Source of the DNA: Spirochaetia bacterium
GTDB lineage: Bacteria > Spirochaetota > Spirochaetia > SZUA-6 > Bin103
NCBI GenBank assembly: GCA_965203905.1
Contig: CBDBDQ010000005.1
Coordinates: 3,392,001-3,456,000 of the forward strand
DNA: 64,000 nt
Reading direction: 5' to 3'
Shown: piece by piece, positions 9,314-19,052 of the stretch
How positions within the stretch are numbered: position 1 is the first letter of the stretch
Layout of the letters: every line of letters begins with the position of its first letter
Made by a program: the position numbers and the translations under genes
Notes under the pieces: generated by a model
What the model was told of the DNA's origin: nothing
Database searches by the model: none
Seen by the model: the letters and a program-made list of their open reading frames with translations, nothing else

Positions 9314-9999
9314 GGCACGGAACGATCTCCGAGTACCTCCTCACGAAAAAGACGGCGGAGGAGTACCGCAGCAGGGGCTACGAAGTTTTAGCAGAAGCCT
9401 CACTCGATTTCTTGCCAGGCTTCACGGCTGATTTGTTGGTTCGGAAAGGCGACGAAGTGAAGGTAATCGAGGTGAAGTCGAGGCCGTCATTGGCCGCTGA
9501 TCCCAAGGTAAGTGAGTTGGCGCGAATCATTGAGTCGAAACCCGGATGGACTTTCGAGCTGCTGTTAGTGGGTGAACCTGAGAAGCTGGACTCGCCGGAA
9601 GGCGCCCGTTCGTTTGAGGGTGAGAGTATCGGGCACAGGTTAGAGGAAGCTGAGAAGGCTCTCCAAGCGGGATTTCCGGAGGCCGCCTTCTTGCTCGCAT
9701 GGTCAGCCCATGAAGCCGCCATCAGAAAAATGATTGCTGAACAGGGAGTAGCAGAGTCTACAATCACCGGGCCCGGCTACGTTCTCGACCAAGCCGTTTT
9801 TAACGGCGTGATCTCAAGGGAGGACTACAAGACTCTGAAAGAAATGCTGAAGTATAGAAACGCCATCGTCCACGGGTTCAGCCTCAGTGATTTTCGTGTT
9901 GAAATGGTGGTCGGCTTACTAAACACCGGGCGGCGCATCATTACTCCTACCTTGGAGACCAAAGACGACGATCGGCAGACATCGTCGTCCGTTGAATGA
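9307..9999 (+). CDS. PD-(D/E)XK restriction-endonuclease-like (AHJR-like) domain fused to a HEPN-like domain
   Basis: N-terminal EEYRSRGYEV...ADLLVRK...IEVK; C-terminal helical domain with AAFLLAWS and RNAIVH (RxxxxH); overlaps the RusA-like gene end; lower GC than flanks. Confidence 0.75.
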   Translation: MVGHGTISEYLLTKKTAEEYRSRGYEVLAEASLDFLPGFTADLLVRKGDEVKVIEVKSRPSLAADPKVSELARIIESKPGWTFELLLVGEPEKLDSPEGARSFEGESIGHRLEEAEKALQAGFPEAAFLLAWSAHEAAIRKMIAEQGVAESTITGPGYVLDQAVFNGVISREDYKTLKEMLKYRNAIVHGFSLSDFRVEMVVGLLNTGRRIITPTLETKDDDRQTSSSVE

Positions 10000-10125
10000 A
10001 AGCTGTCGGGAGACCACATTGTGACTCCGGTCGTGCGGTTCGATGAACTCCTCGACGAATATCCGAACATTGCGCGAGATCCGGACAACTACATCAAGCT
10101 GGGAGTGGAGCACGCAAGCGAGTGA
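10000..10125 (+). pseudogene. Orphan C-terminal fragment, probably of an MDR/zinc-binding dehydrogenase
   Basis: Reads KLSGDHIVTPVVRFDELLDEYPNIARDPDNYIKLGVEHASE*; its TGA overlaps the HAD GTG start (GTGA). Confidence 0.55.
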
Positions 10126-10757
10126 GGAAGTACATACTCTTCGATCATGACGGTGTGCTGGTGGATACCGAATTCTGGTATTTCAAGGCTGGAGAACGCG
10201 CCCTGGCGGACATTGGTTTCGTTTTGGACAAGGATCAATACCTCCGCGACATGACCCAGGGATTGGCTACCTGGGCGCAAGCCAGAGCGGCAGGTATTGA
10301 TGAACCGACCATCAGCAGGCAGCGTGAGGTCCGAAATGCTTACTATCAGGAATATCTTAGAACGGAAGCCATTGAGATTGAAGGCGTCGTTGAAGCTCTT
10401 GCTGAACTGTCAAAATACGTCCGCATGGCTATCGTGACGACTTGCAAACGTGCGGATTTCGAGATCATCCATGAACAGCGCCAAATCAGACGATTCATGG
10501 ATTTTGTCCTTGCTCGCGAAGACTACCAGCTCACCAAGCCGCACCCGGAACCATACCTGACCGGCTTGAAGCGCCTCGCAGCAAGCAAAAAAGAAACACT
10601 GGTGGTAGAGGATTCCTGCAGAGGGCTGAACTCAGCCGTGGCGGCCGGTATAGACTGTGTCATCGTCCATAACGAATTCACCAAAGCACAAGACTTTTCA
10701 CAGGCCAGCTATCGAATCGATACTCTGATCGAATTGAAGGATATCGTCCTTTCGTAG
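10122..10757 (+). CDS. HAD-superfamily hydrolase (beta-PGM/CbbY-like phosphatase)
   Basis: FDHDGVLVDTE, VTT, KPHPEPY, VEDS. Confidence 0.9.
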   Translation: MRKYILFDHDGVLVDTEFWYFKAGERALADIGFVLDKDQYLRDMTQGLATWAQARAAGIDEPTISRQREVRNAYYQEYLRTEAIEIEGVVEALAELSKYVRMAIVTTCKRADFEIIHEQRQIRRFMDFVLAREDYQLTKPHPEPYLTGLKRLAASKKETLVVEDSCRGLNSAVAAGIDCVIVHNEFTKAQDFSQASYRIDTLIELKDIVLS

Positions 10758-10876
10758 CGGACCGTCCTCACGCGGTTTCTCTTCCGCCGCTCCGACCTGG
10801 CAGCCCGTGGCGAAACTTCGGCTGCATTCGAGCGGCGCTGCATCCCGGCTGGCTGCGTTGCTCGTCGCTCACATAT

Positions 10877-10963
10877 CGCCCCGAAACCGCCGTCCTACGG
10901 ACGCCGCTTTCGGCCCATCCCCACCTACGCTTAAGGAGTCTGTCGCAACCCGACAGACTCCTG
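10877..10963 (-). repeat. Dispersed hairpin element, shortened copy C
   Basis: CGCCCCGAAACCGCC...CGCTTTCGGCCCA.CCCC.CCTAC...GGAGTCTGTCG caacc CGACAGACTCC matches copy B; lies between convergent genes. Confidence 0.75.
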
Positions 10964-10966
10964 AGC

Positions 10967-12070
10967 CTAAGCGGGAATCAGCCCGAGCCGGTAGTATGAA
11001 TCGATGGTCGCGCGGATGGTGTCGTCGGCGGCGTGGGGCACGAGGCCGAGCTCCTGCATCGCCAGCAGGCAATACGAGCGCGGCGCATCGTGGGTGTCCT
11101 GGGCGGGCCGATCGCCATCCATTTCCTCGCCGCCTATCTCCTGCACCCCGGGGAACAGCTCGTGGAGGCGTTGCTGCAGCTCCCAGGTGAACAGTTCCCC
11201 GCCGCGGTCCCGGGCCGACAGGATGTAGCGCGAGCCGTTCGTCGCCGTGGTGCTCTCGGCCGCGAGGCGGTGGGCCCTGGCCGTGTCGCGCACGTCGGCG
11301 ATGTTCCACAGCATGCGGCCGCCGGGCGTCTTTTTGTAGGGCTGCCCCGACATCATGAACCTCATGCAGTTCTGCCAACTCCAGCCCTGGTCATGGTTTG
11401 CAGTCATCAGCGGGCCGATCACGTGTACCGGCAGGATGGCCATCGCCTCGAAGCAGCCGTCCTGTTCGGCCGCCTGGTAGATCATACGCTCGGTGTTGGC
11501 CTTGGCCATGGCGTAGGCGAGATCGCGGTTTTCCGGAATGCGGTCCTCGGTCCAGCGTCCGCGGTAGGCCTCGAGGTTGTCGCCACACCAGTCCCGCTCG
11601 GTGAACACGTACCCTGGCGGTCGCGGGTGGCTGACGGCGGCGAACGAGCTGGTGAAGACGAAGCGCTTGAGATTGCCGGACTTGCGCGCCGCGGCGAGCA
11701 CGTGGTCGTTCTCGGTGAAGCAGCCGTCGTACACCTCCTGCGGCGTTTCCTTGTTGTATCCGACGGTCGCGCCGGCGTGGAGCACCGCGCTGCACCCTGC
11801 GAACGCCGCGTCGTAGCTGCCGCGTTCGAACAGCTCGCCGCGAAACAGCTCGACCTCGCCACGAAGGTCGCGATCTTCGTTGAGCGCGGTCAGATGGTCG
11901 ACCTTCGCAGCATTGGTCAAATCCCGGACGCAGGCGTGGACGCGGTAGCCCTGCGCCATCAGATCGTAGACGATCCAGGAGCCGATATACCCGCTCGCGC
12001 CGGTGACGGCGACCGGACCGTCGGCGGGTGAGACCGCAGTCACGTTTGTGCGGTTTCCTTCAGTCTTCAT
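10967..12070 (-). CDS. NAD-dependent epimerase/dehydratase (dihydroflavonol reductase-like extended SDR)
   Basis: VTGASGYIG, FTSS, YAMAK, DVRD. Confidence 0.88.
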   Translation of the reverse strand: MKTEGNRTNVTAVSPADGPVAVTGASGYIGSWIVYDLMAQGYRVHACVRDLTNAAKVDHLTALNEDRDLRGEVELFRGELFERGSYDAAFAGCSAVLHAGATVGYNKETPQEVYDGCFTENDHVLAAARKSGNLKRFVFTSSFAAVSHPRPPGYVFTERDWCGDNLEAYRGRWTEDRIPENRDLAYAMAKANTERMIYQAAEQDGCFEAMAILPVHVIGPLMTANHDQGWSWQNCMRFMMSGQPYKKTPGGRMLWNIADVRDTARAHRLAAESTTATNGSRYILSARDRGGELFTWELQQRLHELFPGVQEIGGEEMDGDRPAQDTHDAPRSYCLLAMQELGLVPHAADDTIRATIDSYYRLGLIPA

Positions 12071-12203
12071 GGCGCTACCCTATCCGGTTCGCCGCGTTCC
12101 GGGAAGCTATCGCCTCGGCGCGCCGGTGTAGCCCGCCTGCTTGAGCCGGCTGCGAGTGGCCTGTCAACTGTGCCACGCTCCGCATTTTGCTCCGCCTATT
12201 CTG

Positions 12204-12890
12204 TCACGCGCCCCTGAGCCGCGGGTCGAGCAGATCGCGCACGGCGTCGCCGAACATGTTGAGACTCAAGACGACGATCGTCAGGCACAGCCCCGGCCAG
12301 AGAGCCAGCCATGGCGCCTGCTCCATGTATTCACGTCCTTCCCGGCTGAGCAGACCTCCCCAGCTCGGAACGGTCGGAGGTAGACCAAAACCGAGAAAGC
12401 TCAGAGAAGCCTCAGCTATCATCACCGCTCCGATGTTGATGCTGAATATGATGACGACGACGGGCATGATGTTGGGCAGCACATGGCGGACAAACGCTCT
12501 CCATTTCGCGGAGCCAATCGCCTCTGCGGCCTGAAAATAGACGTTCTCCTTGATACCGACCACCGTGCCTCGCATTACTCTCGAGCCACCGATGCCTCCG
12601 GCTATACCCAGGACGACTATTATCTGTGTTACGCCCCGCCCGACCAGGGACATTATCGTTAACAATATGAGCGAGAGCCACCACAACGTTGAGACTGGTC
12701 GCCGCCAGACCGACACCTATCGAAAGCCGAGCGCCGTAGATAACGCGGCTCAAAAAGTCCCGCCCCAACTGGTCGGTGCCCAGCGGATACTGGGCTGATG
12801 AGCCCTGCAGTCTGTCCCTGAGGTGCACGTCAAGGAAGCCGTACGGGGCCAGAACATCGGCAAAGATAGCCACAAGAATCAATAGCATTC
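12204..12890 (-). pseudogene. DppC-type ABC permease pseudogene (5'-truncated, internal deletion with frameshift near 12670)
   Basis: GTDQLGRDFLSRVIYGARLS...NVVVAL jumps frame to LILLTIMSLVG...LDPRLRGA; segment present in the paralogs at 17196 and 58204 is missing. Confidence 0.85.
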
Positions 12891-13019
12891 GTTGACTTCC
12901 GAGTCGTTGACAGGGTGGCCGCGTCCATAGCAAGCTTGCGTAGCTTGGCGTTCGACGGATCGATGACGAAGCGCCATGACAGTCAGCACAGTGGGCGGTT
13001 GGTCGGTGACGTCCGAGCC

Positions 13020-13099
13020 GTTGACAGGTTTCCGCCCGCCTGCGACGGTTCACCGGTTCACCGCTCGGGGTTGACAGGCTGCCGCCCGCGTGCGACGAT
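13020..13099 (+). promoter_or_regulatory. Tandem duplicated sigma70-like promoter (TTGACA-17bp-GACGGT/GACGAT)
   Basis: GTTGACAGGTTTCCGCCCGCCTGCGACG at 13020 and GTTGACAGGCTGCCGCCCGCGTGCGACG at 13070; third GTTGACAGG at 12906. Confidence 0.5.
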
Positions 13100-14240
13100 G
13101 CCACGTTCAGAGAGCGGCGAATTAGGATGAGACGCCACGATCACGGCCGGTGCAGTGACCGGTTGCCGGTAAGGCAGCCTGCACATACGTCTGTCCCCTC
13201 TACCCCCCCTCCCGGGCTGTCTTCTTCGAACATCCCGTAGACCACTAACCGAACAGGCCGATCGCGGCGCGGGCGCCTTCGCCTTCAGCACCGGGGCCGC
13301 GGCCGACCACATGTGGCGCCGGCGTCCCGGGTGTGGCCTGCCGCCTCCTCCAACGGCGTCGGCACCCCGAAGCAATTGCCGTTCGCGGCTCGATACCCGG
13401 CCCGCACGTACCGCTGTCAACGCTTCACCGTGCCCTGGTCCGAAAATGTCGGCCAGCAAGGGATGCCTGTGTATCGATTTCCGTCGTGTTCCGTGTCACG
13501 GAATGACCGTGCCGACTCGCGGGCTACGCTACATGACTCGGAGCCGTCGTGGGTCGCTCACCCTTCAGTCGTATGACTCCTTCATTCACCACAACCCCAC
13601 CCGGCTGTTGCCGGCGCATCGGAGGCGCAGAATGATACTCAAACCACGTCGCAACAATGAGGGATATCAGCGATGTAACCCTCGTCGCCGTAGACGACGT
13701 GCCGCTGCCGCCACGTCGGTTTGAGAGAGCGGCCCTTCTGGCGGCATGCGGCTCGCGAGCGGGATGCGCGGCCGCCGTCGCTGGAACGACCGACTCTCAG
13801 ATCGATGCTATCCCTGTCGTTCGCCGGCCGTCCGCAGAACGTTGTTTGCCGCCTCGGGAAGCTCAATCGCAACAAAGTGTTACTCAGTGGCCCGAAGCGC
13901 TTGCCATGTGTATTGCGTTGGTCTAAGCTGCCGGCGTATGGGTAACGACATGGTCCAACCCAGTCGCCGTCTAGCGCGGACGCTACCCGACTACCGCGCG
14001 CCGCTAGCCGCTCGGCCAACCACGCAGCGGCCGACCGGCGGGCGCCGGTGCTAAGCGCGGCACCAACGATCCGCGTGGCCCGAGCAGTCACGCGCCAGCC
14101 GGCCACCCACCTCCAGACCACCTGTGCGCGCACCACCGAGGGTGGCCGGTGCCCGCGTGCCCGGTCGGCGAGCGCGCGCCAAAGGAGGGGGGAATAGGGG
14201 AGCAGCTCTACTTAGGACCCAGCGGCTGTGGCCGCGGAAG

Positions 14241-14331
14241 GTGTCGCCCTCGCTCGACGAGAGCGCTCGCTCGCGAGCGTAGCGAGGGGCCGGCAGTCGA
14301 TTCAGTACTCTCGAGCAACAGGAGTTATCTG
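14241..14331 (+). promoter_or_regulatory. Conserved structured 5' leader of dppA-like gene (candidate cis-regulatory RNA), copy 1
   Basis: GTGTCGCCCTCGCT...AGCGAGGGGCCGGCA...GTACTCTCGAGCAACAGGAG matches the minus-strand leader at 61961-62063. Confidence 0.6.
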
Positions 14332-16146
14332 ATGCATTACGTAATGCGCACGTGCCTCGCCGTGCTGTGCGGTCTGGCACTGACTGCCACCGGCCTTTGG
14401 GCGGCTGCCTCCGAGGAGGAACCGGCCGCGGCGATGGAGAAGGAAATGGTGATGGACCCCACCACTGGCGAGATGGTGAGCGCACCCGAGTATGGCGGTA
14501 CTATCACCGGGCTGTTCCATCCGGGCTGGGAGGCCGAGCATGCCGACATGTGGCACTACCGCACTGTCATCCATCCCACCAAGATCGTCTTGGAGCGAAT
14601 GGGTGGCGGCAACTGGGGACTGCCCAGAGACCAGTGGTCCTTCATCGGTGCCATCCCGAATGTGCCTCAATACACCGGCAAGCTGGCCGAGAGCTGGGAC
14701 CAGCCCGACGCCACGACGATCGTCCTGCACATCCGCAGGGGGGTGAAGTGGCACGACAAGGAACCGATGAACGGCCGCGAGCTCGTTGCCGATGACGTCG
14801 TGTTCAACTTCTCCCGCAATCTGGGGCTCGGCGAGTTTGCCGCGGACGGGCCGAGCCCGGTGATCAGCGTTCTGGGTACGCTGCCGATCGAATCGATAAC
14901 GGCAACGGACCGGTATACGGTCGTCTTCAAGTTGAAGCAACCGAGGCTCGCCGCGCTGTACCACATCATCGGGGATATCTACGGCAATCAGTACCCGCCC
15001 GAAGTCATCAGGCAGGACGGCGACGCCAAGGATTGGACCAAGTTGGTAGGCACCGGGCCCTTCATGTGGACCGACTGGGTGAAAGGCACGTCCTTGACCT
15101 ATACCAAGAACCCCGATTACTGGGGCTTCGACGAGAAGTTTCCGGAGAACCGCCTGCCCTATGCCGACGAGTTCAAGGCGCTGATCATGCCGGACGAATC
15201 GACGCGCCTGGCGGCGCTGCGCTCGGGCCAGCTGGATGTGCTGGGGGGGCCCTCCGCGTTTGCGCTCGCGCCCGGCCCGGCGACCGAAGGCCTGGAGCGA
15301 ACCAATCCCGAGCTCAAACAGTTTGCCTACCAGAATCGCGGCCAGAACTCCGCAGCCTTCAAGACCCTCGAGCCACCCTTCGACGACGTTCGGGTGCGCA
15401 GGGCGATGCAGATGGCCCTGGACCTCGAGACGGTGGCCGACACGTACTTCAAGGGCTATGCGGATCCTACTCCTCGGGGTGTGGTCGGCACTGCCAACAC
15501 CGGGTACGCGTTCCCGATCGCAGAGTGGTCCGACGAGATCAGGGGTTACTACAGCTACGACCCGGAAGGTGCGGAGCGGCTTCTCGATGAAGCTGGATAT
15601 CCGCGCGGCGCCGACGGCGTCAGGTTCAAGACCGTATACAACGCCCATCCCAGCCCAGCGGCAAACGACAAGGGCTTTGTCGCCATAATGATCCAGTTTT
15701 GGGATGCGATTGGCGTCGATGTAGAGCTCGAGATCGTGGAAGGAGCGAAATTCGGCCCGATGACAGCTGACGCGTCACTGTATGAAGGGATGCTCTGGTT
15801 CATTAGCGGCTTCAACGCGCCGCTTCCCGTCACCACCGTCGGCTGGCAAGCCACAGGGGCGTACAACAACGCCACCGGGCACAGTGCGCCAGAATATGAT
15901 GCCATGATCGCAGCCATCGGCTCGGCGAAGACCGTCGAGGAGGAGAGGCAGCTGATCCAGGAGGCCGATCGGTACCTCATCGAGAAACACCTGTACCTGT
16001 GGGGTCCCATCATGCCGCAGGTTGCGGTGACGCAACCGTGGATCGTCGGCTACAACGGTGAAAACAGACTGGGAGACGTCGACAACTACTCGATCTTTGC
16101 CCGCCTGTGGATCGATCACGCAATGAAGGAGTCGATGGGTAACTAG
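14332..16146 (+). CDS. ABC transporter substrate-binding protein, family 5 (DppA-like)
   Basis: Signal peptide, PEYGG, LAESW, GTGPF, KNPDYW, PFDDVRVRRA, YDPE.A..LLDEAG; CAGGAG RBS. Confidence 0.93.
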   Translation: MHYVMRTCLAVLCGLALTATGLWAAASEEEPAAAMEKEMVMDPTTGEMVSAPEYGGTITGLFHPGWEAEHADMWHYRTVIHPTKIVLERMGGGNWGLPRDQWSFIGAIPNVPQYTGKLAESWDQPDATTIVLHIRRGVKWHDKEPMNGRELVADDVVFNFSRNLGLGEFAADGPSPVISVLGTLPIESITATDRYTVVFKLKQPRLAALYHIIGDIYGNQYPPEVIRQDGDAKDWTKLVGTGPFMWTDWVKGTSLTYTKNPDYWGFDEKFPENRLPYADEFKALIMPDESTRLAALRSGQLDVLGGPSAFALAPGPATEGLERTNPELKQFAYQNRGQNSAAFKTLEPPFDDVRVRRAMQMALDLETVADTYFKGYADPTPRGVVGTANTGYAFPIAEWSDEIRGYYSYDPEGAERLLDEAGYPRGADGVRFKTVYNAHPSPAANDKGFVAIMIQFWDAIGVDVELEIVEGAKFGPMTADASLYEGMLWFISGFNAPLPVTTVGWQATGAYNNATGHSAPEYDAMIAAIGSAKTVEEERQLIQEADRYLIEKHLYLWGPIMPQVAVTQPWIVGYNGENRLGDVDNYSIFARLWIDHAMKESMGN

Positions 16147-16216
16147 ATAGACCTGTTGGATCTCATGATCCCACCCGCTCGGCGCCCGCTGGGTGGGTGG
16201 ACTCTCATTCCGTCAC

Positions 16217-17176
16217 ATGAGGGCGTACATCATCAGGCGGGTGCTGCTCGTCATCCCCACGTTGTTCATCTTGAGCATCCTCGTCTTTCTGTCGGTGCGC
16301 TTCCTGCCGGGCGACGCGATAGACGCAATGCTGGACAAAGCCGGCTGGATCGGCGGGGTGGGGGTGGACCGGGCGGCTCTCGAGCGGATGCTCGGACTTG
16401 ACCTGCCCGTCTACGTGCAATATGGACGCTGGCTCGGCGATATCGTGCTGCGCGGCACGCTGGGCGAGTCGCTGTGGGGCGGCGAGGCCATAGGAAAGAA
16501 GATACTCGGTCGCCTACCGGTAACGCTCGAGCTCGGCGCGTTCGCCGTCGTGATCGGCCTGCTGATAGCCGTTCCCGTCGGCATCTATTCGGCGTTGCGC
16601 CAGGATACGGTCGGCGACTACGCCGGGCGGACGATCGCCGTCATCGGGCTGGCGACTCCCAACTTCTGGCTGGGAGTGATGGTGATGCTCTACCCGGTCA
16701 TCTGGTGGGGCTGGTCGCCACCGGTCGAGCTGATTCGCTTCCGCGAGGACCCGCTGGGAAACCTCGGTATGTTCCTGGTTCCGAGCCTGATTCTCGGCAC
16801 CGCGCTGGCGGCAAGCACCATGCGCATGACGCGCACCATGATGCTGGAGGTACTGCGTCAGGATTACATCCGCACCGCCTGGGCCAAGGGTCTGAGCGAG
16901 CGGCTGGTGGTCGTCCGACACGCTGTGAAGAACGCGCTCATTCCGGTGGTGACCCTCATCGGCCTGCAGCTGCCCATCCTGGTGGGTGGCTCGGTCATCA
17001 TGGAAAACATCTTCGTTCTGCCCGGGTTGGGGCAGGTGCTGCTGAAGGCACTTCAGGACCGGGACTACCCGATCGTCATGGGCGTAAACCTATTCTTTGG
17101 CACGGTGGTGATGGCGGTGAATCTGCTGATCGACCTGCTCTATCCCTATCTGGACCCGCGGATCCGCTACCGATAG
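16217..17176 (+). CDS. ABC permease DppB-like
   Basis: YIIRR, PGD, DYIRTAWAKGL, HAVKNAL, LDPRIRY. Confidence 0.93.
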   Translation: MRAYIIRRVLLVIPTLFILSILVFLSVRFLPGDAIDAMLDKAGWIGGVGVDRAALERMLGLDLPVYVQYGRWLGDIVLRGTLGESLWGGEAIGKKILGRLPVTLELGAFAVVIGLLIAVPVGIYSALRQDTVGDYAGRTIAVIGLATPNFWLGVMVMLYPVIWWGWSPPVELIRFREDPLGNLGMFLVPSLILGTALAASTMRMTRTMMLEVLRQDYIRTAWAKGLSERLVVVRHAVKNALIPVVTLIGLQLPILVGGSVIMENIFVLPGLGQVLLKALQDRDYPIVMGVNLFFGTVVMAVNLLIDLLYPYLDPRIRYR

Positions 17177-17195
17177 GAACGAAGGAAGGAACGAG

Positions 17196-18089
17196 TTGAA
17201 GTTGCGGAAGGTGCCGGGAGCCGAGCAAGCGAGACGTCACTGGCTGGTCGATCTTTCGGTCAGACTCATCAAGACCAAGCCGCTCGGCACCGCATGCGGG
17301 ATCATCGTGCTGGCCCTGATCCTCGTGAGCATTTTCGCGGATGTTCTGGCTCCCTATCCGTACGACGAGATTCGACTGCAGGAGATACTGCAGCCACCAT
17401 CCGCACAGCACCTGCTGGGCACCGATCACGTGGGACGCGACTACCTGAGCCGCATCATCCAGGGGGCTCGGGTCTCGATGCTGGTCGGCCTGGCCGCCAC
17501 CACCATCAATGTGGTAGTCGCCATCCTGGTGGGTGGCACCACCGGCTTCCTGGGTGGCAAGTTGGATCTGGTGGTTCAGAGATTCGTGGATGCTTGGATC
17601 GCCTTTCCGGGACTGCTCCTGCTGCTCACCCTCATGTCGGTCGCGGGTCGCGGGGTGCTGCAGATGATACTGGTCCTCGGAATCTCGGGCGGCATCGGCA
17701 GCGGCTCACGGGTCGTCAGAAGTGCTGTTATCGGTATCAAAGAGAACGTCTATTTCGAGGCGGGGGAGGCGATCGGGGCCTCGAAGTGGCGTGCTCTCAC
17801 CCGCCACGTGCTACCCAACATCGCGCCGCCCATCATCATCATCTTCAGCATCAGCATCGGCAGCTACATCCTGAGCGCGGCATCGCTGAGCTTCCTCGGC
17901 TTTGGCCTGCCGCCGGACATCCCCGACTGGGGCGGGATGCTCAGCCGCGAGGGGCGTCAGTACATGGAGGCGGAGCCGCGGCTGGCGCTCTGGCCGGGCC
18001 TGTGCCTGACGCTGGTCGTATACAGCTTGAACATGTTCGGCGACGCCCTGCGCGACCTGCTCGACCCGCGGCTGCGCGGCGCGACCTAG
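17196..18089 (+). CDS. ABC permease DppC-like
   Basis: LGTDHVGRD, HVLPN, LSFLGFG, GDALRDLLDPR. Confidence 0.93.
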   Translation: MKLRKVPGAEQARRHWLVDLSVRLIKTKPLGTACGIIVLALILVSIFADVLAPYPYDEIRLQEILQPPSAQHLLGTDHVGRDYLSRIIQGARVSMLVGLAATTINVVVAILVGGTTGFLGGKLDLVVQRFVDAWIAFPGLLLLLTLMSVAGRGVLQMILVLGISGGIGSGSRVVRSAVIGIKENVYFEAGEAIGASKWRALTRHVLPNIAPPIIIIFSISIGSYILSAASLSFLGFGLPPDIPDWGGMLSREGRQYMEAEPRLALWPGLCLTLVVYSLNMFGDALRDLLDPRLRGAT

Positions 18090-18164
18090 GGGGGCAAAGC
18101 CTGCAACGAATGGCTAGCCGCCGGGCGGACCAGCCCCGCCCACCGACAATCCGGTGCTGCCGAT

Positions 18165-18602
18165 CTCGGCTCCAAGAGCGAGACCCTGTTCGGCGAATTT
18201 CTGTCGGGCGTGCCTCGAGGCGAGTTCGTCGTCTCGTCCAAGGTCGGCTGGGTCTCCAACCCCGAGGTCGGCGGACCGCCGCTGTTCGATTTCAGCAGAG
18301 ACAGGGTGCTGAGCTCGCTGGCCGAGAGTCTGGAGCGTTTGCGGCTCGACGCCATCGACATGGTGTTCCTGCATCTCCTCGGCGACACCCCCTACCACTA
18401 TCAGCAAGCTCTCCACGAGGCGTTGCCGGCGCTGGCCGAGCTCCGCTCGCAGGGCGTGGTGAGGGCCATCGGCGTGGGTACGACGATCGAGACGTGGGAG
18501 ATGCTGGCGCCGTTCGCGCAGGAGGGCGGCTCCGACTGTTTCCTGGTGGCCAGCCGCTACACACTCATGGACCACTCGGCGCTCGAGCAGTTCCTGCCGC
18601 TG
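18165..18602 (+). pseudogene. Internal fragment of an aldo/keto reductase (paralog of 29441-30478)
   Basis: SETLFGEFL...VVSSKVG...FDFSRD.VLSSLAESLERLRLDAIDMVFLH...GVVRAIGVG...RYTLMD; lacks both termini. Confidence 0.8.
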
Positions 18603-18960
18603 GCATTCCCAGCGCTTGAAATAGTCCGAGTAGGTGGTGTGGAACAACACACGGCCTTTGAACGACTCATAGCGAATCTTCTTCCAGCGCTTGCGCGGAG
18701 ATCGCGGGGCGCGAGATGTATTCCGCCAGAGATCGCTGCACACCTCGATCGAGGATGCGAACTGAATTGTCAACGCTGAAGCCGGAGTGCCGCCAGGAGA
18801 GCATGTTACGCGCGAAGCGGCGGTCGAGTAGCTTCTGATCCACCAGCAACGCGACCACACGGCGACGCAGCAGCTCGGTCATGGCCTGCAGGTGGCCAAG
18901 CGGTATGTAGAACGAAGGCACTCTGATCGTCGAAACCGCCCTCCAAGACGAAGCACGGGA
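18603..18960 (-). mobile_element. IS91-family (Y2, rolling-circle) transposase remnant, frameshifted
   Basis: Across frames: CFVLEGGFD...RRVVALLVDQKLL...MLSWRHSGFSVDNSVRI...LAEYISRPAIS...KKIRY...GRVLFHT. Confidence 0.7.
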
Positions 18961-19052
18961 TGGCGGCGACCGCGTCGTTGTAGAGGCGCACCAGCGCGCC
19001 CAGGTCTCCGTGCGCATGGTCCTGACTTCCATGGCCGTCGGCCCGCGGCGGC

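Noticed and set aside
13340-13430. GGGGTGCC on the minus strand suggesting a TPP riboswitch
   Set aside because: Lacks the CTGAGA and CCTGAT core motifs
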